From the UHGV virus genome UHGV-1361067: a DNA stretch of 46,806 nt. One strand, written 5' to 3'. The DNA is from a virus. Position numbers and translations under genes: made by a program. The notes beneath the pieces are model-generated. The model saw nothing but the letters and a program-made list of their open reading frames with translations. It had not been told where the DNA came from and made no database searches. Below are positions 29,801 through 37,690 of this stretch, piece by piece (position 1 is the stretch's first letter; the number at the start of each line of letters is the position of its first letter).

Positions 29801-30126
29801 AAGATCCGCTGCATAACTTCGGTCTGCGTCTCTCCAGTACGAACCGAGTTAGCTACCTTGTTATTTAGTTCAGTCCAGGCATCGGCGTAACTCGCAACCT
29901 GTTGCACAGAAAGCGCCGCGAACAATCCCTTGGCAACGCCAGAAAGGCTGGACATTGTTCGTTCCATCGATCCAATAGAGCGCTCTGTCCTGTTTACACT
30001 GGCCTCAAGTCGCCCCATGTTCCCGCTAAGTCCATTTAGCATTGACTGCAATTCACGACTGCCAGCCACTAGCTGGGATGTGTCAATGCCAACCTCATAG
30101 ATAATGCCGCCAACTGTTTCTGCCAT
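26845..30126 (-). CDS. Tail tape measure protein
   Basis: 1093 aa, strongly A/Q/E-rich coiled coil, with a C-terminal G/S-rich region. Confidence 0.85.
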   Translation of the reverse strand: MAETVGGIIYEVGIDTSQLVAGSRELQSMLNGLSGNMGRLEASVNRTERSIGSMERTMSSLSGVAKGLFAALSVQQVASYADAWTELNNKVANSVRTGETQTEVMQRIFDVSQATQSSLNGTATLYARLERGTRAYNTSAEDLVRLTTIINQGFAVSGATAQEAENAIIQLSQGIASGVLRGEEFNSVSEQGSRLMVALADSMGVSIGQLRAMAAQGQLTTDVVVKGLLSQGDAIGKEFANTTVSIAKGLQVAGNNVTKFFGENSTVKSFAAGFRDSVITISENLETLSGALIIVAGIMGSRYVGALAMSTAAKISDIAASRQQLIAENQQAQSALFAANATQRKAFADKEAALSSVALAQAEYNVAKGSAAEALALDALIAAKSRASAASLSLAQAENAQAAASARAASAARAASVGVGLARGALSLIGGPAGAATLAAGAIFYFWQKAQQAREESIRFADSLDQVNESMKAMNNTQLRGVIADANKSIQAQEEYVRDLEDSIDKLKGEIDDYTARGKLFGTTIEQGNGLLKIASDKTDELNQKSRDLANAKEKLARTQEAASEARRTLTNNMLTSMGVHDSLIEKGSTLERVQGAVARAFGLTADEINRANQAGQNFNPKSLQVSPPTEEADKIILNLEEQNQLLKIQDERQRAVTKARMEAAKVTDNPNQIARAAELAGQIYDLTEAEKAREKAQNDSQSAAQKAATEQENIANKLEQLRQESLLTADSTRELSREQAILQAQQSLGKGATEEQIRLAGEYKAKAWDNANAIKAQAEAEKQRVEAVKGFAALKSQTSPMFAVETNYQKDLAALNAYAVAYPQKIAEVEQARAAIEEQYRQQRLDAMWQEWSQQNAATQAAAAAFDAFGQTASNALTGILTGSMSVSEALQSIGSTVLNAVINSFVQMGVEWLKSVIMGQAGMAAASAATAAQAAGIAAAMAPAAAMTSLATSGANAIPAQAGIASTVGVAKAMSVAGALKNGGPAQAGSMYRVGENNLPEIFQASNGHQYMIPGDSGRVISNKDLTGSGGGIVINNNVINNSSGATASSTARDNGDGSVTIETIVADIEAGGPISNAITSHTTATRRATE

Positions 30127-30833
30127 TATTTTGCTCCTTTGCTTTTAGCGGCCTTTCTGGCGGCTTTCTCTTTCAGTTTCTGTTTATTCAGCTTAACCCG
30201 CTCATAAGACGCATCATACTGCTCGCGCGTCATGCCTTCCGGTTCCGGGTATTTTGATTTTATCATCTGCTGATACTCGGTCATGGTCAGGTCTTCCGCT
30301 TCCTCACGGGTGATTCCGAAGTGAGTGCGAGCAGAGATGATGTAATCCGACATTCTCAACTCACTGGTTGTGCGCTTTTGGTTTTCCGAGCGCTGAGGAA
30401 CCTTGAGCGGAGACTTGCCGATGATGCCATGCTCCATCAGGTTTCGAGCAATAATAATAATGTCATTTACTGGCATTCTTCCGGTGACGTACTTTACACC
30501 GCGCGGAGTTGGCTTCCATGACCCAATGAGCACCGAGATATCATCATCGCAACAAGACTGCATGATGAGACAGGCGGCGCTGAGCACTTTCTTGCCATAA
30601 ACAGGACGTGACAGGATTTTTGCAATCTGAATCTGCGCGCCATACGGCATTGACTGAATGGCGCCGAGTATGGCAGCGTATTCATACCCATTAAGCGTAG
30701 CGTACAGCTCGACAATCTCTTTCGGTGAGCCAAGCTCATTCATCGCCGCAAATGATGGTTTGAAGAAAAAAGACTTGTCATCCAGGGAGATGCGCATCTC
30801 TCCTATTTCTGTTAGCGGTGTGCGTTGTCTCAT
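30126..30833 (-). CDS. Putative tail assembly chaperone
   Basis: 235-aa ORF immediately upstream of the TMP (overlapping stop/start). Has a basic C-terminal tail. Called by position only. Confidence 0.4.
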   Translation of the reverse strand: MRQRTPLTEIGEMRISLDDKSFFFKPSFAAMNELGSPKEIVELYATLNGYEYAAILGAIQSMPYGAQIQIAKILSRPVYGKKVLSAACLIMQSCCDDDISVLIGSWKPTPRGVKYVTGRMPVNDIIIIARNLMEHGIIGKSPLKVPQRSENQKRTTSELRMSDYIISARTHFGITREEAEDLTMTEYQQMIKSKYPEPEGMTREQYDASYERVKLNKQKLKEKAARKAAKSKGAK

Positions 30834-30868
30834 GTCTAAATCCTGTTTTCATAATGACGTAATTATAC

Positions 30869-30898
30869 CATTGACAGGTGGCGCAAAACTGACGTAGA
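30869..30898 (+). promoter_or_regulatory. Rightward promoter TTGACA-N18-TAGATT with a TGACGTAGATT motif
   Basis: A near-palindrome TAATGACGTAATTA lies upstream at 30851-30864. Confidence 0.5.
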
Positions 30899-30929
30899 TT
30901 GAAAGCATAAGGTGATTGAGGGTTTGACA

Positions 30930-31067
30930 TATGAACGAGACTGATGCTGATTTGAGGTTTTACATCGACCTTTACATTGACCAGGGATACACCTATGAAG
31001 AGGCCCGCGTAAAGGCGATTTTGTTGCTGGCTAAGATTGGCGTAGTGGTGGAGGATAAGAGATGAGC
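30930..31067 (+). CDS. Hypothetical small protein (45 aa)
   Basis: MNETDADLRFYIDLYIDQGYTYEEARVKAILLLAKIGVVVEDKR. Stop overlaps the next start. Confidence 0.35.
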
Positions 31068-31451
31068 ACTGATTACAGCAAGATGAGTGATTTTGAAATT
31101 AACAAGCTGGTATCTTTGGCCTCTGGCAAGAATATAAAATTAATCAGTGTTGATGCTGATGATAATGAGATTGGTGTAATTGTTGGGCAAAAATGCACTC
31201 GTCAGAGACTTCCATTTGACCCTTGCAACAGCCCAGCGGATGCATGGCCGATTATTGTTGGCAACAAGATTAGCATCGTATCACTCGATAACAAATGGAT
31301 TGCGGCGCCGGTTGATACAGTAATTGATGGCATCACCGGAGATTCTGAAGTTTGTTTTTATGCAAGCTCTGATGCCGTCTTTGATGTAAATCCACTCCGC
31401 GCCGCCATGATTGTCTTCCTCATGATGCAGGAGTCCAAGAATGCCAGTTAA
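31062..31451 (+). CDS. Hypothetical protein (DUF2591/NinX-like?)
   Basis: 129-aa ORF with a GGAGGATAAGAG SD. The N-terminus MSDFEINKLVSLASG resembles a phage family of unknown function. Recalled, low certainty. Confidence 0.5.
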   Translation: MSTDYSKMSDFEINKLVSLASGKNIKLISVDADDNEIGVIVGQKCTRQRLPFDPCNSPADAWPIIVGNKISIVSLDNKWIAAPVDTVIDGITGDSEVCFYASSDAVFDVNPLRAAMIVFLMMQESKNAS

Positions 31452-31596
31452 CAAAGATGACGAAGATGTGATATCTGCATATGCAGGCCAGCGCATAGAC
31501 ATAAACTATGCGATAGCAATTCACCTGAGACGATCTGAGTTTGTTGCCAATCTGATTTTGTGGGGCATCAAGAACAAGACGAGGAAGGCGTGATGA
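31441..31596 (+). CDS. Hypothetical small protein (51 aa)
   Basis: An AGGAG SD precedes ATGCCAGTT. Overlaps both neighbours. Confidence 0.35.
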
Positions 31597-31829
31597 CAAG
31601 GAGGAAATATAAAAAATATGAATTCTGGTTTTGCGGAAACAAAATGTACAGCTGCGAAACATTAAAGCGCGTGAGATGGTACAACAAACTGTTTTATCTT
31701 TCTTCGCACATTATCTTGTGGCGATGCTCGATTGTTACCGATCTCGGATATGATGAAGCTATTGAGATGGCAAAATGCTATCTTAATGAAGATGGGTTTT
31801 ATGAGCAAATCATGGGACAGAAATTATAA
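31593..31829 (+). CDS. Hypothetical Cys-containing small protein
   Basis: Starts at MTRRKYKKYEFWFCGN after an AGGAAGG SD. 78 aa. Confidence 0.45.
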   Translation: MTRRKYKKYEFWFCGNKMYSCETLKRVRWYNKLFYLSSHIILWRCSIVTDLGYDEAIEMAKCYLNEDGFYEQIMGQKL

Positions 31830-31853
31830 ACCCCCTTTCGGGGGTTTTTTTAT
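31828..31853. terminator. Bidirectional terminator AAACCCCC-tttc-GGGGG + T7
   Basis: Perfect hairpin between the rightward cassette and the minus-strand major tail gene. Confidence 0.65.
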
Positions 31854-32605
31854 TGCGTGACGGTAACAACACACTTGGTGGAGTCAACGTAATCAGGACT
31901 GGTTGCCGAATCCATCACTCGGCAGAAGTACGTACCAGCATCACCTGCGGCAGCATCGTCCTTGGTGAACGTGTCGGTAGTAGCACTGCCGATCGGCGTG
32001 GTGCCTTTATACCATTGGTAGGTATAAGGCTTGACACCGCCAGCTGCAACTACCGGGCCGAGCGTCAGAGCGTCGTTAGTGGCAACGCTTTTGTCTTTAC
32101 TGATATCAGTAGTCAGCGTCAAATCTTCGATGCTGGACACGTCAACAGTAGAGCCATCATAAGGCTTGAATTCAACTGAGCCGGTGATAATGTCGTTGGT
32201 GCCGCCATCGTAGCTCAGAGCGGTAATGTTGCAGTAGGCAACAACAACGGTATTACCGGTGGTCTGACGCACCCACAGCGAAGGCTGACGACGAGCTTTT
32301 ACTTCGGTGACAAAGTATTTGATGAGATTATGCACGCCATACTCATCAGCCTTGTCAGCCTTACGAACTTCAAAATCACCGGAAATGGTGAGGTCTGCGG
32401 TAGTGACCAGCGTCGCGACAAAGCCATCGCCATCATCAGCCTCTGAGGTAGTGGTGCTTGGGCTGAAGTCGACGCCTTTTGAGGTCATGGGAGCAAAAAA
32501 CTTCCAGTCTTCCTCTGCTGGCACAGCATCCCAGCAGCCATCAGCCAGCTCGATGAGCGACTGGCGACCTGTGATGATGCCGTTATCATTTGCACAAATA
32601 GCCAT
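31850..32605 (-). CDS. Major tail (tube) protein with C-terminal Ig-like domain (lambda V-like)
   Basis: 251 aa. The C-terminal segment DAGTYFCRVMDS…TVTQ is Ig/Big_2-like. Position matches the tube gene. Confidence 0.6.
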   Translation of the reverse strand: MAICANDNGIITGRQSLIELADGCWDAVPAEEDWKFFAPMTSKGVDFSPSTTTSEADDGDGFVATLVTTADLTISGDFEVRKADKADEYGVHNLIKYFVTEVKARRQPSLWVRQTTGNTVVVAYCNITALSYDGGTNDIITGSVEFKPYDGSTVDVSSIEDLTLTTDISKDKSVATNDALTLGPVVAAGGVKPYTYQWYKGTTPIGSATTDTFTKDDAAAGDAGTYFCRVMDSATSPDYVDSTKCVVTVTQ

Positions 32606-32650
32606 GTTTAGAATCCTCTCTGTTTAGCTAAACAATCGCATTATATCATG

Positions 32651-32679
32651 TTGACAGGTTTTGATTGGTGGTGTAGATT
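32651..32679 (+). promoter_or_regulatory. Rightward promoter TTGACA-N17-TAGATT (GTGTAGATT variant)
   Basis: Hexamers at 32651-32656 and 32674-32679. Confidence 0.5.
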
Positions 32680-33107
32680 AAATGGCAGATAGTTTTCGTA
32701 AGCGACTTTGCGGGTTTTTAGAAACTGACCACAAAGATAAATGCAAACGAAGAAATGTATCTGGCAGTAGCCTAACGGCCAAACACCAGCAAGGTCTTCC
32801 GACTCCTTGTCAATGAATTCGGCGCACTGGCCCGGTGTGATTAATAATGGGCACACAACAGGTAAGAGCATTGTCAGGTAGCTTCAGGGGACACGCCCGC
32901 ACTGGTGACGACCTATGCGCAAAAGTACGTGTGGTAAGTCCTGGAGTGCTCTTTCCGTTGTGGTAATGCGGCTATGCGCACGTGGCAAGGTAGAAATATG
33001 CTCCTTTTGTGGGTATGCCTGCTGGATTTACCGACCAGCAACCTGGAGGCACCAGGGCCACAACAATAATTCGAATCCTGTCGCGGGAACCATATTCGGT
33101 GAGCGCA

Positions 33108-33293
33108 ATGATACAAATCCAAAAAATCCACGATGATTACTGGCGCATAGCTGACAAAAATAACAGCAGGATTGCTGGTATATCAAAGGTCGGGAAGTGG
33201 TATGTTGTCGCAAATGCTAATGGGCGATATGATGCCCGATTCGAATATCTTGGCGATGCCATTGATTATTTATTATGTAGTAATGACTACTAA
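33108..33293 (+). CDS. Hypothetical small protein (61 aa)
   Basis: MIQIQKIHDDYWRIADK…. Sits about 430 nt downstream of the promoter and is followed by a terminator. An alternative longer frame begins at 33009. Confidence 0.4.
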   Translation: MIQIQKIHDDYWRIADKNNSRIAGISKVGKWYVVANANGRYDARFEYLGDAIDYLLCSNDY

Positions 33294-33318
33294 AAGCCGC
33301 TCATCAGCGGCCTTTTCT
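33293..33318 (+). terminator. Rho-independent terminator GCCGCT-catc-AGCGGC + CTTTTCT
   Basis: Hairpin directly after the small ORF. Confidence 0.5.
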
Positions 33319-33700
33319 ATTCACCAAAAACAACCCTCAGCAACAATTCATAAACCGGTCTCTGCTCCGTTGTGAGCGTCGGGCGTCCAAGCGGAGCCTG
33401 CAACTGAATCATGCCAATGCAACTATCAACGGGATGCTCCTTGATATATGAGATGACATCAAGCGCTTTTGCTTTTGTCTCCTCGATGTTGTACTGACCC
33501 TGTTGGCCGACAACATAGAGCGAAAAATAATAATCATTGCTGAGGTCTTTGCTTACGTTCGTACCGCCATTGGATTGCAGCACCATAAACCGGTCTGTGC
33601 CAACTTCGGTATCGTTCCAGAACTCAAGCTGAGAAGTCCACCCATCATAAAGACCGGCATCGCTAAGGTACTGGTCAACAAGCTCAAGCATATCTCTCAT
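33317..33700 (-). CDS. Tail terminator / tail completion protein (lambda U-like position)
   Basis: 127 aa, between the gp10-like gene and the tube gene. Called by position. Confidence 0.4.
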   Translation of the reverse strand: MRDMLELVDQYLSDAGLYDGWTSQLEFWNDTEVGTDRFMVLQSNGGTNVSKDLSNDYYFSLYVVGQQGQYNIEETKAKALDVISYIKEHPVDSCIGMIQLQAPLGRPTLTTEQRPVYELLLRVVFGE

Positions 33701-34113
33701 TTTAGCGTCATCTCTTTTTTGATTACCTGATCGACAAGCTCGCGTGTGTTTTCGCCAGCCTTGAGAAGGAATTTAGGCTCGCCGCTCTTATCCCATACAT
33801 TTCCCTTTCCTTTAAGTCTCCCTGTGCGCGGAGTATTCGTGCCAAGCAATTTACCTGGTGCATTATGGACATACAGGGCGTAATTAGCGGAATACCCAAT
33901 CTTGCCAGTTATGCGAGTGCCATTAACCTCAACGGTGTCATACTGGCTATTTATCAGCGTTGACGTGGCTACTGGCGTCATGGAGGCCGATTCAGTCCTG
34001 ATGATGTGGTTGGCGGCTTTTATTGCTGATACCGCCTTCTCACCAGTAATCTCACCGACTATCTGCTGGGTACGCTTAATCGCCTGCTGGATACCTCTCA
34101 TTTTGGCGGCCAT
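33697..34113 (-). CDS. HK97 gp10-like head-tail joining protein
   Basis: 138 aa. Motif GKGNVWDKSGEPKFLLKAG is typical of the HK97 gp10 family. Confidence 0.5.
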   Translation of the reverse strand: MAAKMRGIQQAIKRTQQIVGEITGEKAVSAIKAANHIIRTESASMTPVATSTLINSQYDTVEVNGTRITGKIGYSANYALYVHNAPGKLLGTNTPRTGRLKGKGNVWDKSGEPKFLLKAGENTRELVDQVIKKEMTLK

Positions 34114-34116
34114 ACA

Positions 34117-34461
34117 TTACCCCGTTACCAGCGCAAAATCAGGAAGGTCGTTGCGATTTAGTGTATTGCCGTAATTCACGACGCTTCTAATCTGGTCAGC
34201 TCCGGCAGCCAAAGGGTCAGCACTGGTAATGGTGCCAAGCATGATGAAGTCGCCAACAGACGCATCCTGGTATTCCGTCCAGAATGTGTTTTTCTGTGCA
34301 ATCTCATTGCCAGCTGTGCCGGTGGTCAGATTCTTATCGAAGCCATAATCACACATGATGGGCTCTGGCGCGGCGAATGTTGGCTTGCCATACTTATCCT
34401 TGCCAGTAAGCCGCCAGATTGTGCATGGCTGCGTATAGCTCCATCTCGCTATCGCTGACAT
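34117..34461 (-). CDS. Head closure / head-tail adaptor protein
   Basis: 114 aa in the connector-gene series. Called by position. Confidence 0.4.
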   Translation of the reverse strand: MSAIARWSYTQPCTIWRLTGKDKYGKPTFAAPEPIMCDYGFDKNLTTGTAGNEIAQKNTFWTEYQDASVGDFIMLGTITSADPLAAGADQIRSVVNYGNTLNRNDLPDFALVTG

Positions 34462-34579
34462 GGTGCGGCCTCAAGAGTATAAATCCAGCGCGGAACAGGA
34501 AGGCGCAGCAATACCAGAATAACCAGCAGCGGCATGCACCATTTACGGATTGCGATATTTACAGTTAATGTTGACGTTT

Positions 34580-34972
34580 TCATCTGCACTTACTCCCGGT
34601 GACAACACGAAACCACGGCTTTGCTGCCCCATCAGGCTCTTCCACAAGGTCGCCTGTGCAGTCTGCCGTATCGAGTAGCTTCATCTGATTGTAAAGGGCC
34701 ATCCACGGCTTACTGCCATAGCCAAATGACTGCGACGCACCAGATGGCGCCCGGTGGCTGGTTATGTATCTTCCGGCTGTATTTGAGGCGATAAGGATTG
34801 AGGCCCATAGCAGAATTGCATCCTGCCTACATGTGTCTTCAGGGTAATTAAGCTCAAGACACTCTGTGATGCTCGCCACCAGACACAGGATTCCCGTTGC
34901 GTCTGCTGTGGTGATAGTCACGCCTCTTGACGCCATGGCGGCGACAAGTTCACTTGCTGTCGGTGCTGCCAT
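34580..34972 (-). CDS. Head-tail connector protein (gp6-like)
   Basis: Likely start is MAAPTASELVAAMA at 34972. About 130 aa. Confidence 0.4.
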   Translation of the reverse strand: MAAPTASELVAAMASRGVTITTADATGILCLVASITECLELNYPEDTCRQDAILLWASILIASNTAGRYITSHRAPSGASQSFGYGSKPWMALYNQMKLLDTADCTGDLVEEPDGAAKPWFRVVTGSKCR

Positions 34973-35237
34973 TCTTTTTGCTCTCCCGAATCTTCCACCA
35001 CATCTCAAAAAGGTTTTTTGCCACCAGTGACAGCGCGCCAAGTATAGAGGCTACCGCTGCCCACTCGGTAATCGAATGGGGGATCATTGAGGCAATGTAT
35101 GATTGTGCGACCGGCGTCTGCTCTGCCACCTTCAGGCCAAGACCCGTGCCGATGGAGGTATAACCGGCTTTGTCGATTACCTGGCCGACAGTGCCACTAA
35201 TTATCTGGTTTGCGGCGTGCTGAAGCGCGTCTCTCAT
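34950..35237 (-). CDS. Hypothetical small membrane protein
   Basis: 95 aa with a hydrophobic segment WAAVASILGALSLVAKNLF. Confidence 0.4.
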   Translation of the reverse strand: MRDALQHAANQIISGTVGQVIDKAGYTSIGTGLGLKVAEQTPVAQSYIASMIPHSITEWAAVASILGALSLVAKNLFEMWWKIRESKKNGSTDSK

Positions 35238-35398
35238 TAATTATTCTCCGAATGATGAACTTCCAGCATCTGTACACCTGAACCAGCGAAAGCGCCATGA
35301 CGATAACGCCGATTGCTATATCCAATTTCGCCGCCTTACGTTTTTCAGCACGGAACAGCGCGGGTTGAGTGTTGTTGGTTTAATTTTATCATAAAGTG

Positions 35399-35427
35399 TT
35401 GACGTAGATTGAGGGTGTCGCTATAGT
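35399..35427 (+). promoter_or_regulatory. Strong rightward promoter TTGACG-N17-TATAGT with TTGACGTAGATT
   Basis: A second TGACGTAGAAA copy lies at 35429-35439, around +1. Confidence 0.6.
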
Positions 35428-35467
35428 GATGACGTAGAAACAACAATAAATGTTAGAGGTGATGAGG

Positions 35468-35761
35468 ATGAATGAATTCAAAGGTACGCCGGGGCCGTGG
35501 TTTGGAGATAACAGCAGGGCAATAGGGCCAAAATCAACAGATGACGACCAGTCTTATGGAGTGATTATTCCTGTCGGCTGGGTTGAGTTTGACCCTGAAG
35601 TTGAGGTTCAAGTTGCCAACCAACGAATGATGGCCGCTGCGCCGGAATTGCTGGAGGCTCTGGAGATGCTTGTAGTCTTCACTACGCCAACAAAAAGGAA
35701 TGCCACTGCCTTGAGCAAGGCCTATGCCGCAATCGCAAAAGCACTCGGAGAACCCCAATGA
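35468..35761 (+). CDS. Hypothetical protein
   Basis: Start ATG at 35468 (MNEFKGTPGPW…) after a GAGGTGATGAGG SD. Confidence 0.5.
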   Translation: MNEFKGTPGPWFGDNSRAIGPKSTDDDQSYGVIIPVGWVEFDPEVEVQVANQRMMAAAPELLEALEMLVVFTTPTKRNATALSKAYAAIAKALGEPQ

Positions 35762-35881
35762 TCCGCCACGAAATACGAAAAGAAGACCTGAAGGCGTGGG
35801 GCAAGTTCAAAATCAAGCTGGCATTAATTGTTATCGGATTCGCTATTGCCAGTGCAATCTGTTTATCAAAGTGAGGAAAAG

Positions 35882-36697
35882 ATGACATCTCTCGGAAAAA
35901 TTTACTCAGACAAAGAAACTCGCGGCGGAATCGTGGTCAACAAAGGTTATCAGGTTCCTGTCGATCAGCTTTATCTTGAGCCGGGATACAACATCCGCGA
36001 AGCCGATGAGCAGCACGTTGAATACTTCGCGCAGTGCTGGGAATCAGGCCAACCAATCCCGGCGTTAACTGTTATTCCTGATGCTGACGGAAAGAGAATC
36101 AAGATTCTTGACGGCCAGCATCGTTATCTTGGCGCACTGCGCGCCATTGAGCGCGGCGTACCAATTGTGCGCATTGAGTGCAAAGACTTCACCGGCGATG
36201 AAGCGGATAAAATCGCCTTCATGGTGTCATCCAGTCAGGGTAAGCAACTCGACCCGCTTGAGCGTGCAAAGGCTTATGTGCGCCTGAAGGGGTTCGGATG
36301 GACGAATGAAGAAATCGCCAAAAAAGTAGGCCGCTCAGTTTCTGATGTGCAGATGCATCTGTCACTTGGTGATGTGCCTGATGCTATCAAGCAACGCATC
36401 AATGCAGGCCAAATCAGCTATGCCAACGCCGTTGCAGTCGCACGTGAGCATGGCGATGATGCCGTTAACGTTATTGATGCTGCTGTTGAGGAAGCGAAAG
36501 CGCAGGGCAAAGATAAGGTGACGGCGAAAACGCTCAAGGCCAAAAAAGTTAAGCCGATTGACCGCCTGATTCAGTTGCTGAAAGAAGCAGATCACATGGT
36601 TGTTGCTGAGGGTCACGTGGCACAGGAAACAGAAGAATTTTTGCGCCTTCCCTCTGCTGAACTGAATGAAGTGCTGGCGATTCTGGAGAAGCTGTGA
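35882..36697 (+). CDS. ParB-like protein (ParB/Srx N-terminal domain + HTH)
   Basis: KILDGQHRYLGALRA (ParB GxxR box) and an HTH TNEEIAKKVGRSVSDVQMHLSL. GAGGAAAAG SD. Confidence 0.65.
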   Translation: MTSLGKIYSDKETRGGIVVNKGYQVPVDQLYLEPGYNIREADEQHVEYFAQCWESGQPIPALTVIPDADGKRIKILDGQHRYLGALRAIERGVPIVRIECKDFTGDEADKIAFMVSSSQGKQLDPLERAKAYVRLKGFGWTNEEIAKKVGRSVSDVQMHLSLGDVPDAIKQRINAGQISYANAVAVAREHGDDAVNVIDAAVEEAKAQGKDKVTAKTLKAKKVKPIDRLIQLLKEADHMVVAEGHVAQETEEFLRLPSAELNEVLAILEKL

Positions 36698-36891
36698 TGA
36701 TTACAATTGGCACTGTTGCAAAAAACATAAAAGAAGGCGATCACATCCTAATGCGAGACGGCGTGGCTCGCCAGGTGGAGAAAATTCACTATCAGGAGGA
36801 CATAATCGCATTTGAAATGAAGCGTTACGAAGAAAAAACAAGGCATTTCTTATTTTATGATGAATGCGCAAATGTGGTGGAGAGTTGGTAA
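36694..36891 (+). CDS. Hypothetical small protein
   Basis: 65-aa ORF coupled to its neighbours (ATGA / TAATG). Confidence 0.4.
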   Translation: MMITIGTVAKNIKEGDHILMRDGVARQVEKIHYQEDIIAFEMKRYEEKTRHFLFYDECANVVESW

Positions 36892-37064
36892 TGAAACCCG
36901 AGCAATTCATAGAGAAAAACCTGCGCGAAAAACTGCCAGGCATCGACAACTCGGCTATAGAGGCCGCAATTACCCACTACAGGAGCAACCAGAGTGAAAA
37001 GAATGGCAAGATTTTCGATGAATGCCTGAAGGTTGCAAAACAACACATGATAAAGGTGAAGTGA
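36891..37064 (+). CDS. Hypothetical small protein
   Basis: 57 aa, MKPEQFIEKNLREKL…. TAATG overlap upstream and TGATG overlap downstream. Confidence 0.4.
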   Translation: MKPEQFIEKNLREKLPGIDNSAIEAAITHYRSNQSEKNGKIFDECLKVAKQHMIKVK

Positions 37065-37600
37065 TGAAACTAAAAATCAGCAAACTATTACTTGAATCAG
37101 CGTTAATATTTCAGGCGCGCAATGATGTTCGTTACTACCTGAACGGTATCTGCTTTATGCCAGATGGTCGCATTACATCAACTGACGGTCATCGAGCATT
37201 CATTGGTGGCAATCATGAAAATAAGTTGACGGAAAATGTGATCATCAAGATTGGCAAACCTCCAACAAAACGCTATGACTACGCCATCATTGATACCAAG
37301 TCGAAAATTGCAACGTATCATGATGAAGCTGGCGTGATGGTTGGCGCTGGCATCTGCGAAGAGATTGACGGCAGATTCCCTGACATTGACTGCGTGATAC
37401 CAAAGGAAATGAAAGCAGCAGAGGAAATTGGCTTCAATGCTGGCTATCTGGTTGACGTTGAGAAAGTGGCCAGGCTGTTTAATCCTAAATTCTGTGGCGT
37501 TAAGTTTGAATTGAATGGGAATACAAATGCCGCAGTTTGCTGTCTTAGTGCGCCATCTGGCGAGAATGCGAAGATTGTTGTTATGCCTATGCGTCTGTAG
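37064..37600 (+). CDS. Truncated beta sliding-clamp (DnaN)-like protein: domain II plus C-terminal strands
   Basis: 178 aa. DnaN motifs seen in order: DVRYYLNG, TDGHRA, DGRFPD, EIGFNAGYLVDV, and C-terminal IVVMPMRL*. E. coli DnaN ends …YVVMPMRL (recalled from memory). AGGTGA SD. Confidence 0.7.
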   Translation: MKLKISKLLLESALIFQARNDVRYYLNGICFMPDGRITSTDGHRAFIGGNHENKLTENVIIKIGKPPTKRYDYAIIDTKSKIATYHDEAGVMVGAGICEEIDGRFPDIDCVIPKEMKAAEEIGFNAGYLVDVEKVARLFNPKFCGVKFELNGNTNAAVCCLSAPSGENAKIVVMPMRL

Positions 37601-37605
37601 AAATC

Positions 37606-37634
37606 AAAAGCCCCGCAACGGGGTTTTTCTTTTA
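37606..37634 (+). terminator. Rho-independent terminator GCCCCG-caa-CGGGG + T-run
   Basis: Same hairpin core as the terminator at 4571. Confidence 0.6.
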
Positions 37635-37656
37635 TCTTACAGCCATAGAAACCCCC

Positions 37657-37690
37657 AATAAAAAACCCGCATAATGCGGGTTTAGTTTAC
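37657..37690. terminator. Bidirectional terminator A6-CCCGCA-taa-TGCGGG-TTTAGTTT
   Basis: Lies between the rightward cassette and the minus-strand 65-aa gene downstream of the MCP gene. Confidence 0.5.

Noticed and set aside
30126-30833. Programmed -1 frameshift (G/GT-type) in the tail chaperone gene upstream of the tape measure
   Set aside because: There is no room for a T-extension frame, since the gene abuts the TMP start. No slippery heptamer plus extended -1 frame was seen near its 3' end. The chaperone call itself rests only on position.
33040-33090. tRNA-like 3' end (…AATTCGAATCCTGTCGCGGGAACCA)
   Set aside because: A TTCGAAT T-loop-like heptamer is followed by …CCA, but the flanking 5-nt arms (AATAA / CCTGT) cannot pair. 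No matching acceptor 5' strand exists about 70 nt upstream, so the cloverleaf does not fold.
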